Source: Sandaracinaceae bacterium
GTDB lineage: Bacteria > Myxococcota_A > Polyangia > Polyangiales > Sandaracinaceae
Direction of reading: 5' to 3'
Length of the DNA: 64,000 bases
Assembly (NCBI GenBank): GCA_044220955.1
Contig: JBGAQA010000027.1
Coordinates: 1-64,000, forward strand
Under the pieces are notes generated by a model. The model was given only the letters and a program-made list of their open reading frames with translations. It was not told the DNA's origin and did no database searches. Positions 1-12,068 of the stretch are shown here, piece by piece (the first letter of the stretch is position 1; every line of letters begins with the position of its first letter). Made by a program: the position numbers and the translations under genes.

Positions 1-76
1 AGAGCGAGAGCGAGAGCGAGAGCGAGAGCGAGGGCGAGGGCGAGGGCGAGGGCGAGAGCGAGGGCGAGGGCGAGGG
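1..76. repeat. Hexanucleotide tandem repeat (CGAGAG/CGAGGG)n, runs off the window edge
   Basis: About 12 copies visible directly; the minus strand reads CTC/CCC-TCG codons. Confidence 0.95.
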
Positions 77-79
77 CAT
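1..79 (-). CDS. 5' end of a gene leaving the window, N-terminus MPSPSPSLSPSPSPSPSLSLSLSLSL...
   Basis: Minus-strand ATG at 79-77 is in frame with the repeat; a TATCAT -10-like hexamer lies at 97-92; same architecture as the GH114 gene at 63754. Confidence 0.45.
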   Translation of the reverse strand, partial: MPSPSPSLSPSPSPSPSLSLSLSLSL

Positions 80-209
80 CGGACGTACCGGATGATAGGC
101 CTGATCTGCGGCGGGCCCTGCATCGCGGCCCGCCGTCGCGGTCTCCCGTGGGGCCCGGACGGATCTACATCTTCACGAGGCGGGAGTGCTCGGCCGGGTG
201 GCCGAGCCG

Positions 210-2273
<2,064 letters not shown>

Positions 2274-2400
2274 GAACGCTCCTTGGTGGTTCCTTCGGGA
2301 AGGTACCACGCGGAGATCGGTGGTGGCTCGGCTGCGAGCGAGCTTGGGGCGCCTGCGAGCCCTGGGCTATCATCGAGACGACGTGGGGCTCGCAAGCAGT

Positions 2401-5043
2401 ATGAAGACGAGACCGTATCCTCTATCGGCGCTGGGGCTCGTGGCGCTGGGGCTCGTGGCCTGTGACGCTGGCTCGGGTCCGGGCGGTCTGCGGATACGGG
2501 ATGGCGTGACGGTGGTCCACTCGTTCGAGCCGGTGTCCATCGCGTGCCTCACCGAGAGCCCCTGCCCGCAGAACATCGTGCCCGAGATCGCCGACGTCGT
2601 GCACCGCGGCCGCGACTGGCTGATCCTCTACAACTACCGCGTGTGGGTGGACCCGGGCATCGGCGATTGGGCGATGCGCTCGGGGTACTTCGTGAGCCGC
2701 GACGACGGCGCGACGTGGAGCGTCCCGGACTTCTCGACGATCACGCCGCCCTACGGTCCGCGCATCGTGTCCCTCACCCTCTCGTCGGGGCAGGCGTTCC
2801 CGACGGCGCTCTTCGTCGCGGGCGGTGAGATCTACCAGGTGGTGCCGGCCGAGATGGAGCTCGCCACCGGCATCTACACCTGGGACTCGATCTACCGGAT
2901 CGATCTCGACGCGGGCCGCATCGTGCAGACGAGCACGGCGCGCTTCGACTGGCTCCACATCGACCGCGACGCGGTGGCCTCGTACGCCTTCAACGGCGAG
3001 AGCCCGGGGATGCCGACGTACTGGTATCGCTTCGATCCGGCGACGGATCCGTGGACCGCCGGCTTCCTCGAGGAGTCCTTCGAGAACTACGTGGCTCCGC
3101 CGAGGCGTGGCTCGTGCGTTCCGCCGGTGTGGCGGGAGACCGGACGTCTGGCCGAGCAGAGGCCGGTCTACGGTGGACACTGCTCGCGCCAGTACCTCGC
3201 GTCCACGCCCGCGGAGCACTGCTGGTTCACGGCCTCGCCGCCGACGACGCTGCAGCCCGACTGGGCTTGCGTGCCCGAGACGGATTGGCCCGTCCCCACG
3301 GACCTCTCGGCCCACGCGACGACGCTGGGGATCACCGGTCGCTTCGGCGGCGTGATGTGGAACGAGGGCGTTGGCGCCGCGGCCATGACGCGGGCAGTGA
3401 GCATCGCCTCCACCGCCACGACGACCCTGCCCGTCACGTACGACGTCGGCCCCGGGGAGCCGCTCTACACGCTCTCCGACGCCAACTTCGACAGCCGCGC
3501 GTTCGGTGGCGTGGACCATCCGCGCTGGGCCGATCTCGTGGCGCTGTCCGCCGAGACGTCCGACGGCGGCCGGCGCACGACCACCTACCGCTTCACGGGC
3601 CGCGGGTTCGCGGCGACCTCGATGCCCACGCGTCCGTGCGCGGACGGCGTCGACTGCGGATACCGGCCGATCTACATCAACGACGGCTCGTTCTTCCCCT
3701 CGGTGCTGCAGTGGGCGACGCGGGTGTCCGCGGACACATATCGCCTCTTCTACGTCGTGGACGTCGCGACCGAGAGCGAGTCGCGCGTCGTCGTGCTCAC
3801 GAGCGTGGAGCACCTCGAGCACGGGCCCGCCACGCCGGGCAGCGATCTCGAGCGTGCGTGCGTGCTCGAGCAGGGCTGCTTGGGGGGAGCCTTCGACGTC
3901 GCGCAGTGCGTTCGCTCGTGGCTGTCGCCGGCCGAGGCGACGCAGGCCGCGCTCGATCGCTTCCTCGCGGCGCGGACGTGCGCGCAGATCCAAGCCGTCG
4001 ATCCTGCGGCGTTCGCGCCGGGCCGTCCCTGCGCGAGCGCGGGCGTCGTGTGTCAGGACGGCGTCGCCTACTCGTGCGACGGCGCGACGATCCTCGGGAC
4101 GATCGTCGACTGCGCGCGGAGCGGCGCGACCTGCTCGGTGAGGGCCAGCGGAGACGCGGCGTGCGCGCCCTCCGGGGTGGACTGTGAGACATTCGGAAGC
4201 GCGTGTGACGCGAGCGGGCGCGCGGTGCTCTGCGGCCCGAGCCCCGTGTTGGACTGCGCCGCGGCCGGCACTGAGTGCGCGCTCAACACGAGCGGCTATC
4301 CAGAGTGCACGGGCCGCTTCGCGGCGTGCACGGCGCCCGCCCAGACGGTCTGCGACGGTGCCCGCACCGTGAACTGCGAGCAGGTCGGGGTCGGGCAGGT
4401 GTCGCTGGACTGTGCACGCGCCGGTCTCGGCTGCGAGGTCGCCCTCGGCTACGCGGGTTGCTCGGACGGCAGCGGTGCGTGCGACGCCTCGTTCTCGCCG
4501 ACGTGTGACGGGTCCCAGCTCGTCTACTGTCTCGACACCTCGCTGCGCTCGGTCGACTGCGCGTCGCTCGGTCGGTCCTGCGCCATCGACGGGTCGGGCC
4601 GCGGGCGCTGCGTCGACGCGACGATGCCGCCACCGATGGACGCGGGCCCACCGCCGGACACGGGCGGGCCGACGTGCGGATCCGCGGCGCTCGCCGGCGC
4701 GCCGCTCCCCGAGACGGAGACGGCGACGTACCCGACCGCGACTGGCGGCACCATCGCCGACGGGACGTACGTCCTCACGAGCTACGAGCTCTGGTCGTCG
4801 ACGGCGCAGCCCTACACCCACCGGGAGACGCTCGTGATCCACGGCAGCACGTTCGAGCGCACGCAGGAGCACAGCCTCATCGGCACCACGACCACGTCGG
4901 GGTCGCTGACGACCTCGGGCACCGACCTCACGCTGGACGCCGACTGCCCGGCGCCGATGCCGGAGACGCACCGCTACATCGTCAGCGGCAGCACGCTCGT
5001 GCTGCTCCAGAGCTCGTTCATCCGCACTTTCACGAGGATGTGA
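2401..5043 (+). CDS. Large lipoprotein with Asp-box (BNR) region and Cys-rich repeats
   Basis: Lipobox MKTRPYPLSALGLVALGLVAC; Asp-box SRDDGATWS; many CDG..C..C repeats; MDAGPPPDTGG linker. Confidence 0.8.
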   Translation: MKTRPYPLSALGLVALGLVACDAGSGPGGLRIRDGVTVVHSFEPVSIACLTESPCPQNIVPEIADVVHRGRDWLILYNYRVWVDPGIGDWAMRSGYFVSRDDGATWSVPDFSTITPPYGPRIVSLTLSSGQAFPTALFVAGGEIYQVVPAEMELATGIYTWDSIYRIDLDAGRIVQTSTARFDWLHIDRDAVASYAFNGESPGMPTYWYRFDPATDPWTAGFLEESFENYVAPPRRGSCVPPVWRETGRLAEQRPVYGGHCSRQYLASTPAEHCWFTASPPTTLQPDWACVPETDWPVPTDLSAHATTLGITGRFGGVMWNEGVGAAAMTRAVSIASTATTTLPVTYDVGPGEPLYTLSDANFDSRAFGGVDHPRWADLVALSAETSDGGRRTTTYRFTGRGFAATSMPTRPCADGVDCGYRPIYINDGSFFPSVLQWATRVSADTYRLFYVVDVATESESRVVVLTSVEHLEHGPATPGSDLERACVLEQGCLGGAFDVAQCVRSWLSPAEATQAALDRFLAARTCAQIQAVDPAAFAPGRPCASAGVVCQDGVAYSCDGATILGTIVDCARSGATCSVRASGDAACAPSGVDCETFGSACDASGRAVLCGPSPVLDCAAAGTECALNTSGYPECTGRFAACTAPAQTVCDGARTVNCEQVGVGQVSLDCARAGLGCEVALGYAGCSDGSGACDASFSPTCDGSQLVYCLDTSLRSVDCASLGRSCAIDGSGRGRCVDATMPPPMDAGPPPDTGGPTCGSAALAGAPLPETETATYPTATGGTIADGTYVLTSYELWSSTAQPYTHRETLVIHGSTFERTQEHSLIGTTTTSGSLTTSGTDLTLDADCPAPMPETHRYIVSGSTLVLLQSSFIRTFTRM

Positions 5044-7055
5044 TGCGCCTTCGCTCGCTCGTGCTCGCCGCCACGCTGACGGGGCTCGGCTGTCAGACCC
5101 CAGCGACCCCACCGACCGACGCCGGGGCGTCCGACGGGGGCGCGAGCTCGGCCCCCTTGCCCTGCGGCGGGGGTGGCACACGTCTCGAGCTGGTCCGCGG
5201 GCAGATCGCCGCGGTCGCGTGCGGCGTCGCCGCCACCAGCGGTCCGATCGAGTCGGTCACCGTCGCCGCTCCGCCGGCGGGGCTCACGTTCGGCTACGAG
5301 CCCGAGGTCCCGGGCGGGATGGCCCGCACGCTCGGAAACCTGCGCGTCACCGTCTCGGACGACGCACCCCTCGGCGAGTCCCTGATCGACGTCACGACGC
5401 GCGGACCGGGCGGCGAGGCGAGCGCGGTGCTCAACGTGACCATCGTCGAGCCCACGGGGACGGGCATCGTCGTCGGCGTCGGGGCGGCGGAGGTCGCGCT
5501 CCACGGTGGCGACGCGCGCACGGTGCCCGTGCGCGTCGTGTCGTACGGCGGCTATGCGGGCGACGTCGTCCTCTGGGGAGCGGGGCCCGAGTGGGACACA
5601 CGGGCGCTCGGCGCGTCGTTCGCCGCCGCGTCGGGCAGCGTGTCGCCGGGCGTGCCCTTCGACACCGTCCTCACGCTCACCGCGCGTTACCACGAATTCG
5701 GCACGGGTGAGACGGTCGTGGTCCATGCGGCGTCGGGCCGCCACGACGACACCGCGGAGTTCGGCTTCACCCTCGACCCCACGCCGGGCGTCGTCGACGT
5801 GTGGACGACGCTCACGCGGGGCCCGCTCGTCGCGCGCGCGGGCGAGACCGCGAGCGCGATGTTCGACGTGTTCAGCGCGGGGGACGGCTCGGGCCTCGCG
5901 TTCGACGTGTCGGCCCCGAGCGGCTGGACGGGCGCGGTCGTCCCCGGCGCGGCCGTGAACCACGCGCTCGAGGTGACGGCGAGCGCCAGCACGCCGGAGG
6001 GCGGCGCGGACGTGGGCGTCACGGCGAGCAGCGGCGCCGCCCGCTGGACAGGCACCGTGCGGGTGGTGCGTCCTCCGGTCAGCGGCGCGTGGCGGCTCGC
6101 CACCGACGGCCCGATCGGTGCGACCTCGACCGAGACGCTCGACGACGGCAGCGAGCTTCGGCGCGTCATCGATCCGCCGGGCACCTCGGTCGATAGCGGC
6201 GGGATCACCTGGTCGGCCCTGCCGGGCGGGACCTCGGTCACGGTGTTGCGCGGTGGGGGCCCGTTCTCCACGCTCGATGCGGGCGGTCGCAGCGTCCTCG
6301 AGACGGCGATCGTGATGCCGGCGGACGACCACCCGTACGTGATCGCGGCGACGAGCACGGCGGTGCTCGCCTGGCGGTTCCAGGACTTCGGTGTCCTCAT
6401 GAACACGTGGGACATGCTGCCGGTGCTCGACGCCAACGACGGGCACGAGGTTCGGCCGCTCGCGGTGGCGTACCGAGGCGGCCAGCTCCTCGTCGTGTTC
6501 GGCCAGGAGACGCCCACCATGACCAGCGGCGGCCCCTCGTCCATCGTCGCCTACGTCTGGGACGGCTCGACGTGGCGAGGCTCGCTCTTCGTGCTCGGGT
6601 CCGTGTGGCGCACGACGGGCACGAGCGGGGAGCCGCAGCTCGCGGCGGCGTTCGACTCGGCCGGAGTGCCGCTCGTGGCGTGGATCGACGCGGCCGACGG
6701 AGCGACGCACGTCGCGCGCATCACGACCACCGTCGGGGCGCCGGTGCTCGCGTCGATCCCGCCCTCGACCGGCCGCGTCGCGCTCGGCGTCGACCTCGTC
6801 GTACGGCCCGACGACCGGGCGCTCGTGCTCGTACACGAGGGCTCCGATCTCTTCGCGGCCGCCCATCCCGGCGTCGGGGCGAGCGCCCGCCTGCGCGTGC
6901 TCGCCGAGGACGCGAGCTGGACCGAGCTCGAGGACGTCACGCTCCCCGATGCGCAGTCGGCCCCGCGTGTCGCGCTTCTCGGGCTCGGCGCGAGCGCCGC
7001 CGCGCGCGTGGTCTACACGGACGCGAGCGGCACCTACGTGGCCGACCCCCGATGA
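5043..7055 (+). CDS. Hypothetical beta-rich lipoprotein (Ig-like repeats and propeller-like C-terminus)
   Basis: TGATG overlap with the upstream stop; lipobox MRLRSLVLAATLTGLGC; TDAGASDGG linker. Confidence 0.78.
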   Translation: MRLRSLVLAATLTGLGCQTPATPPTDAGASDGGASSAPLPCGGGGTRLELVRGQIAAVACGVAATSGPIESVTVAAPPAGLTFGYEPEVPGGMARTLGNLRVTVSDDAPLGESLIDVTTRGPGGEASAVLNVTIVEPTGTGIVVGVGAAEVALHGGDARTVPVRVVSYGGYAGDVVLWGAGPEWDTRALGASFAAASGSVSPGVPFDTVLTLTARYHEFGTGETVVVHAASGRHDDTAEFGFTLDPTPGVVDVWTTLTRGPLVARAGETASAMFDVFSAGDGSGLAFDVSAPSGWTGAVVPGAAVNHALEVTASASTPEGGADVGVTASSGAARWTGTVRVVRPPVSGAWRLATDGPIGATSTETLDDGSELRRVIDPPGTSVDSGGITWSALPGGTSVTVLRGGGPFSTLDAGGRSVLETAIVMPADDHPYVIAATSTAVLAWRFQDFGVLMNTWDMLPVLDANDGHEVRPLAVAYRGGQLLVVFGQETPTMTSGGPSSIVAYVWDGSTWRGSLFVLGSVWRTTGTSGEPQLAAAFDSAGVPLVAWIDAADGATHVARITTTVGAPVLASIPPSTGRVALGVDLVVRPDDRALVLVHEGSDLFAAAHPGVGASARLRVLAEDASWTELEDVTLPDAQSAPRVALLGLGASAAARVVYTDASGTYVADPR

Positions 7056-7064
7056 AGTCGTGAC

Positions 7065-8054
7065 TCAGGCGGTGGCGCTCGGGGTCGTGGCCAGCGCCGC
7101 CCCGAACCGGCGCACGATCTCGGCCGCCGGCTCCACGCGCTCGATGCCGGCCACGCTCTTGCCGGCCTGGAAGTACGGCTCGTAGCCGCCGCCGCGGAGC
7201 GAGGCGCGCTTCAGCTTCCAGACGCTCTGGGCCGAGTAGAACATCCGCGCGTAGTGCTTGAGGCGCGGGTGCCGGAGCATGCGGCGCATGACCGGGCCAG
7301 CCTTCGTGCCGACCTTCTTCACGTACTCCGTGGCGATCACCGCGACGGGCACGCCGCTGATCTTCTCGCTGAGCACGACGTCGTCCGCGTCCGCCTCGAC
7401 GATCGCGCGCTTGTAGTCGTCGTGCGCGCGACACTCGGGCGTGGCGATGAAGCGCGTGCCCATCTGCACCCCCGCGTAGCCGAGCGAGAGCATCCGGCGG
7501 AACGTCTCCGGGTCGCCGACGCCGCCGGCGCAGATCAGCGGCAGGCCGAGGCCGCCGAGCTCCTCCACGAGGCGCTCGGGCGAGCGGTTGCCCGCGTGGC
7601 CGCCCGCGCGCTCGTTCACGCAGATCAGGCCGTCGACCCCGGCGGCGAGCGCCTTGTCCGCCCACTTGCGCTCCGTCACGTCGTGGTAGACGACGCCCCC
7701 GCGCGCGCGCACGGCCTCTACCACCCAGCGCGGATCGCCCAGCGCCGTGACGAAGAAGCGCACGCCCTCGTCGAGCGCGACGTCGACCCACTTCTTCATC
7801 CGGTCGAGGTACACGCGGGAGCTGGCCTCGACGAGCGCGTTGAAGCCGATGGGCTTGTGCGTGGTCCGGCGGATGAGCCGGATGCCCTCGCGCAGATCGT
7901 GCCGGTGGACGTAGGTCATCGAGATGGGCTGGACGATCCCGATGCCGCCGGCCTCGGACACGGCGGCGATCAGCTCGGGGTTCGAGCACGGGTACATCGC
8001 TCCGCAGATCAGCGGGATCTCGATGCCGGCGTGCTCGGTGAAACGGGTCTTCAT
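7065..8054 (-). CDS. Nitronate monooxygenase / FabK-like flavin oxidoreductase
   Basis: AGGHAG, LICAGGVGD and GVQMGTRFIATPEC motifs. Confidence 0.88.
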   Translation of the reverse strand: MKTRFTEHAGIEIPLICGAMYPCSNPELIAAVSEAGGIGIVQPISMTYVHRHDLREGIRLIRRTTHKPIGFNALVEASSRVYLDRMKKWVDVALDEGVRFFVTALGDPRWVVEAVRARGGVVYHDVTERKWADKALAAGVDGLICVNERAGGHAGNRSPERLVEELGGLGLPLICAGGVGDPETFRRMLSLGYAGVQMGTRFIATPECRAHDDYKRAIVEADADDVVLSEKISGVPVAVIATEYVKKVGTKAGPVMRRMLRHPRLKHYARMFYSAQSVWKLKRASLRGGGYEPYFQAGKSVAGIERVEPAAEIVRRFGAALATTPSATA

Positions 8055-8116
8055 CGCGTGCGCCTAGCATCGCGCGCCGCTCGACGCCCGGGGCGGGTAT
8101 CCTGGCCGCGAGGGGC

Positions 8117-9643
8117 GTGAAGAGGGCGGACCATTTCCTCGCAGAGCTCGCCCACGACTCCACCGCCGACGCGGCGCGGGCCGTGCGAGACGCGATCCTG
8201 ACGAGCCTGGGCGCGGCCGACGACGCCGAGTCGCTCGCGCTGGCCGCCGCGGCGCTCGACCGACGGACGCGCGCCGCGACGCTCGCCGGGGTGTCGTGGG
8301 CGCTCTCGCACCGCGCCCTGCCGCTCGGGCCCCACGCGCTGTCCCTCACGCGCGACGGCGCTGCGCTCGCCGAGATGGAGAGCGCCGGCCTCGACGGTGA
8401 GCCGCTGCGAAGGCTCGTGCTGGGCTCGGGCCCGAGCGCGCTCGATGCCTACGAGCTCGCCATGAAGATCCGGGCCGGAGAGCTGCGCGTGGCGGAGGTG
8501 CGCGAGGCGGCGGCGGCCGAGCTGGCACGCGCGAGGATTGCGGCCGATGCGCAGTTGAGCGCGAACCGCGCCATGGCCGACGCAGCCAGGGCGGAGGCTG
8601 CGCGACTCGTGGCCCTGAGAGATGCGCGGCGCGGGATCGAGGGCGCGGCGCCCCCCGGACCTCCGCCGGCCCGCGCCGCGGCCGCGCCCATCGCGCCCGT
8701 GACGGCCGCAGCCTCCGCCATGCCGCATGCTGGGCGCGCCGCGCTCGAGCTCGGATCCCAGGCGCTCGCGAGCGTCACCTGGAGCACCGGCGCCGCGCTC
8801 GCACTCGTGCCGCTCGCCGCGTGGCTGCGCACGGGCGCGCTGCTTCGGCCGGACCTCACGCTGCCGCGGATCGTGCCCGGGCTCGTCGTCCTCGTCGTCG
8901 GTGTGCTCGCGGCGCGCCGGGTTCTCCGCATGCGAGCGCCGGCCGCTGCCTCCGTGGCCTGGGACGAGCGCGGCATCACCGAGCGGCAGGGCGAGCGCGT
9001 GCGCGCCTCGATCGCGTGGTCGACCGCGACGCGCGCGCTCCTCCCTCTCCATCGCTGGGTCCGCGTCTCCCGGCGTCGCTCGAGGGCCGTGCACGCGGGC
9101 GACGTCGTGCAGCTCGCGGGTCCGGACGGGGCGCGCATCACGCTCTGGTCCGCTCACGGAGCACACCCGCCGACCTGGCTCCTGCGGAGGAAGGCGGCGA
9201 TCGAGCCCGCGAGCCTTCGTGCGCTCCTCGACGCGACCGCGAGCCTTCCGGCGGCGCCTCGGATCGAGCCCGACCGCGAGGCGCGGCGCCGCCTGGCCGG
9301 TCCGGTCGCCGGCCTGGCGACGCTCCTCGGGTACGGGACCGTGACGTTCGTCTCGCTCGCACCGTTCTTCGGCTGGCTTCCGGAGGCGCTCTACGTCCTT
9401 CCCGGCGGGCCGCAGGTCGTCATGGGGCTGGTCACGCTCGCGGCGCTCGGCCTCCGCGCGCTGGTGCCGGCGTTCGAGCTCGCCTCGCTGACCTTCGGGC
9501 GGGAGGCGGGGGACGCGAGTGACGGCGAGCGATCGCTCCGGGCCGCCGTCGCGATCGAGACGACCTGCCGCCTCGCCTTCGCGCTCGCCCTCGGGACGGC
9601 CGTCGCCGGGCTCCCGCTGGCCTCGCTCCTGCTCGGCGGGTGA
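8117..9643 (+). CDS. Hypothetical multi-pass membrane protein
   Basis: 508-aa ORF filling the gap; about 5 hydrophobic segments; TATCCT at 8098 and GAGGGG SD before the GTG. Confidence 0.6.
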   Translation: MKRADHFLAELAHDSTADAARAVRDAILTSLGAADDAESLALAAAALDRRTRAATLAGVSWALSHRALPLGPHALSLTRDGAALAEMESAGLDGEPLRRLVLGSGPSALDAYELAMKIRAGELRVAEVREAAAAELARARIAADAQLSANRAMADAARAEAARLVALRDARRGIEGAAPPGPPPARAAAAPIAPVTAAASAMPHAGRAALELGSQALASVTWSTGAALALVPLAAWLRTGALLRPDLTLPRIVPGLVVLVVGVLAARRVLRMRAPAAASVAWDERGITERQGERVRASIAWSTATRALLPLHRWVRVSRRRSRAVHAGDVVQLAGPDGARITLWSAHGAHPPTWLLRRKAAIEPASLRALLDATASLPAAPRIEPDREARRRLAGPVAGLATLLGYGTVTFVSLAPFFGWLPEALYVLPGGPQVVMGLVTLAALGLRALVPAFELASLTFGREAGDASDGERSLRAAVAIETTCRLAFALALGTAVAGLPLASLLLGG

Positions 9644-9691
9644 TGAGACGCTGCGCGGTCTGCGGCGCACGAGCGTGATAGCCTGCGGCGC

Positions 9692-11182
9692 GTGGGTCAG
9701 CTGCCGCTCCCGCTCGCCCGGCCGAAGGGCGAGGCGCCCGCTCCGGTACCGCGCGGGCAGCGCGTCTACGTGAACCGCAACCTGCGCCTCGACCAGATCA
9801 CGTGGGCCGGGTTCGACATGGACTACACGCTCGCGATCTATCGCCAGGACGCGATGGACCGCATCAGCATCGAGCAGACCGCCAAGAAGATGGTCGAGCG
9901 CGGCCGGCCCGAGTCGCTGCTCTCGCTGCCCTTCGACACGGGCTACCCGATCCGCGGGCTCTTCGTGGACAAGAAGCTCGGCAACGTCCTGAAGATGGAC
10001 CGTTACCGCTACGTGAAGCGCGCCTACCACGGCCTGCGCCGCCTCACGCGCGACGAGCGGCGCCAGCTCTACGCGTCGCGCCCGATCCGCCCCGGGACCA
10101 AGCGCTTCCACTGGGTCGACACCCTCTACGCGCTGCCCGAGGTCACGCTCTACGCGGCGGCCGTCCAGCACCTCGAGGAGCTCGGCCAGCGCGATCTCGA
10201 CTTCGGCGCGCTCTTCGACGAGGTGCGCGAGTGCATCGACCTCTGCCACCAGGACGGCAGCATCGTCGACGTCATCGCCGACCATCCGGACGAGTACCTC
10301 GTGCGCGATCCGAGCCTCGGGCCTGCGCTCCACAAGCTGCGCTCCTCCGGCAAGCGCCTGTTCCTGCTGACGAACTCGCGCCCCGGCTACACACGGAAGA
10401 TCATGAGCTACCTGCTCGACGGCGCGCTGCCCGAGTACGCGCGCTGGCAGAGCTACTTCGACGTCATCGTGTGCGCAGCCAAGAAGCCGCGCTTCTTCAC
10501 GGACTCGGGGATCCCGTTCGTGCCCGGCGAGCCCGACCTCGCGCCGCCGACCGAGCGCTTCGAGGACGGGCGCATCTACGAGGGCGGCTGTCTGAGCGAG
10601 CTCGAGCGACTCCTGGCCGGCACCAACGGCGGGCCCATCGCCGGTGACGAGGTCCTCTACGTCGGAGATCACATCTACGGTGACGTGCTCCGGACGAAGA
10701 AGGAGACCGCCTGGCGCACGATGATGATCGTGCAGGAGATGGACGCCGAGATCGCCGTCCACGACGCGCGGGCCGACGACCTGGCGCGGCTCGACGCGCT
10801 GCACGAGGTGCGCGAGCAGGTGCTCGACGAGCTCCGGGGCCACCAGAGCCAGCTCAAGGCGGTCGAGCGGGCGATCGAAGAGGCGGGTCGCGCGACGGCC
10901 ACCCTCGGCGCCAGCAAGGTGGCGTTACGGAAGGCCATCGACCGCGGCAAGGGACGCCTCGCCGAGATCGACGCGGAGCACGACGAGCTGGACGCGTCCA
11001 TCGACCGCGCCTTCCACCCCTACTGGGGGTCGGCTTTCTCGACGGGCGAGGAGCTCACCGTGTTCGGCGACCAGGTCGAGCAGTACGCGTGCCTCTACAC
11101 CGGCCGGGTCTCGAACCTGCTGTCGTACTCGCCGACCTACTATTTCCGGGGGCCCCGCGACCGGATGCCCCACGAATACTGA
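9692..11182 (+). CDS. HAD-IG family 5'-nucleotidase (NT5C2-like)
   Basis: GFDMDYTLAIY, FLLTNS, AKKPRFF and YVGDHIYGDV motifs; C-terminal MPHE. Confidence 0.93.
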   Translation: MGQLPLPLARPKGEAPAPVPRGQRVYVNRNLRLDQITWAGFDMDYTLAIYRQDAMDRISIEQTAKKMVERGRPESLLSLPFDTGYPIRGLFVDKKLGNVLKMDRYRYVKRAYHGLRRLTRDERRQLYASRPIRPGTKRFHWVDTLYALPEVTLYAAAVQHLEELGQRDLDFGALFDEVRECIDLCHQDGSIVDVIADHPDEYLVRDPSLGPALHKLRSSGKRLFLLTNSRPGYTRKIMSYLLDGALPEYARWQSYFDVIVCAAKKPRFFTDSGIPFVPGEPDLAPPTERFEDGRIYEGGCLSELERLLAGTNGGPIAGDEVLYVGDHIYGDVLRTKKETAWRTMMIVQEMDAEIAVHDARADDLARLDALHEVREQVLDELRGHQSQLKAVERAIEEAGRATATLGASKVALRKAIDRGKGRLAEIDAEHDELDASIDRAFHPYWGSAFSTGEELTVFGDQVEQYACLYTGRVSNLLSYSPTYYFRGPRDRMPHEY

Positions 11183-11270
11183 CGGGCGCGGCCGCCGTCA
11201 AAGATGGACACCGCCGGGCGGTAGCCGTATACAAGTTGAGAGGTCCGAGGGAGAATCTCCCGCCCCGTCC

Positions 11271-12008
11271 ATGCGCCTCGCCATCTTCAGCGACGTCCAC
11301 GCCAACATCGAGGCGCTCTCGGCGGTACTCGAGGCCTACAGGCGCGAGAACGTCGACGTCCATTATTGCCTGGGCGACGTGGTCGGCTACGGCGCCAGCC
11401 CCAACGAGTGCGCGGACCTGGTCCGCAAGCTCGCCAAGGTCACCATCCTGGGCAACCACGACGCTGCCGTCGCCGGCCGCATGGACTACTCGTACTACTA
11501 CGAGGCCGCCCGCCAGGCGCTCGACACGCACGCGCGGCAGCTGACCAAGGAAAACCACGAGTGGCTCAAGCAGCTGCCGTACAAGCACGAGCTGCGCGAG
11601 ATCGGCCTCACGCTCTGCCACGGCTCGCCGGTGCGGCTCGAGGAGTTCGAGTACATCTTCGCGCCCGAGCAGGCGCGCGAGTGCCTCTCCATCTGGGACG
11701 ACCTCGCGGACCTGACGCTCATCGGACACTCGCACCTGTGCAAGGTGTTCGCCCTTCGTCCCGGCGAGGTCGAGGAGCTCCCCGCCAAGCGGTTCACGTT
11801 GCGTAAGGGGTGGAAGTACGTCGTGAGCGTCGGCTCGGTCGGCCAGCCGCGCGACTACGACAACCGCGCCAGCTACACCCTCTACGACACCGAGTCGCGC
11901 GAGTTCGAGTTCAAGCGCGTCGAGTACGACATCGAGAGCGCCGCCACGAAGATCTTCGAGGGCAACCTCGAGCGGAACTTCGGGCACCGCCTCTTCATCG
12001 GCGTGTAG
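11271..12008 (+). CDS. Metallophosphoesterase (calcineurin-like)
   Basis: SDVHAN, LGDVVGYG, GNHD, CHGSP, GHSH and GSVGQPRD motifs. Confidence 0.92.
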   Translation: MRLAIFSDVHANIEALSAVLEAYRRENVDVHYCLGDVVGYGASPNECADLVRKLAKVTILGNHDAAVAGRMDYSYYYEAARQALDTHARQLTKENHEWLKQLPYKHELREIGLTLCHGSPVRLEEFEYIFAPEQARECLSIWDDLADLTLIGHSHLCKVFALRPGEVEELPAKRFTLRKGWKYVVSVGSVGQPRDYDNRASYTLYDTESREFEFKRVEYDIESAATKIFEGNLERNFGHRLFIGV

Positions 12009-12016
12009 CTCGTGCT

Positions 12017-12053
12017 CCCTCTCCCACGAAGTGGGAGAGGGCTGGGGTGAGGG
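12017..12053 (+). repeat. REP-like palindromic element, copy 1
   Basis: CCCTCTCCCAC-GAA-GTGGGAGAGGG hairpin followed by CTGGGGTGAGGG, between convergent genes; near-identical copy at 59661. Confidence 0.8.
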
Positions 12054-12068
12054 CCACGAGGCCGCAGG

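Noticed and set aside
188..207. Intrinsic terminator after prkA (GCTCGGCC-GGGT-GGCCGAGC)
   Set aside because: The 8-bp stem is real but has no U-tract, and such stems arise easily at this GC content.
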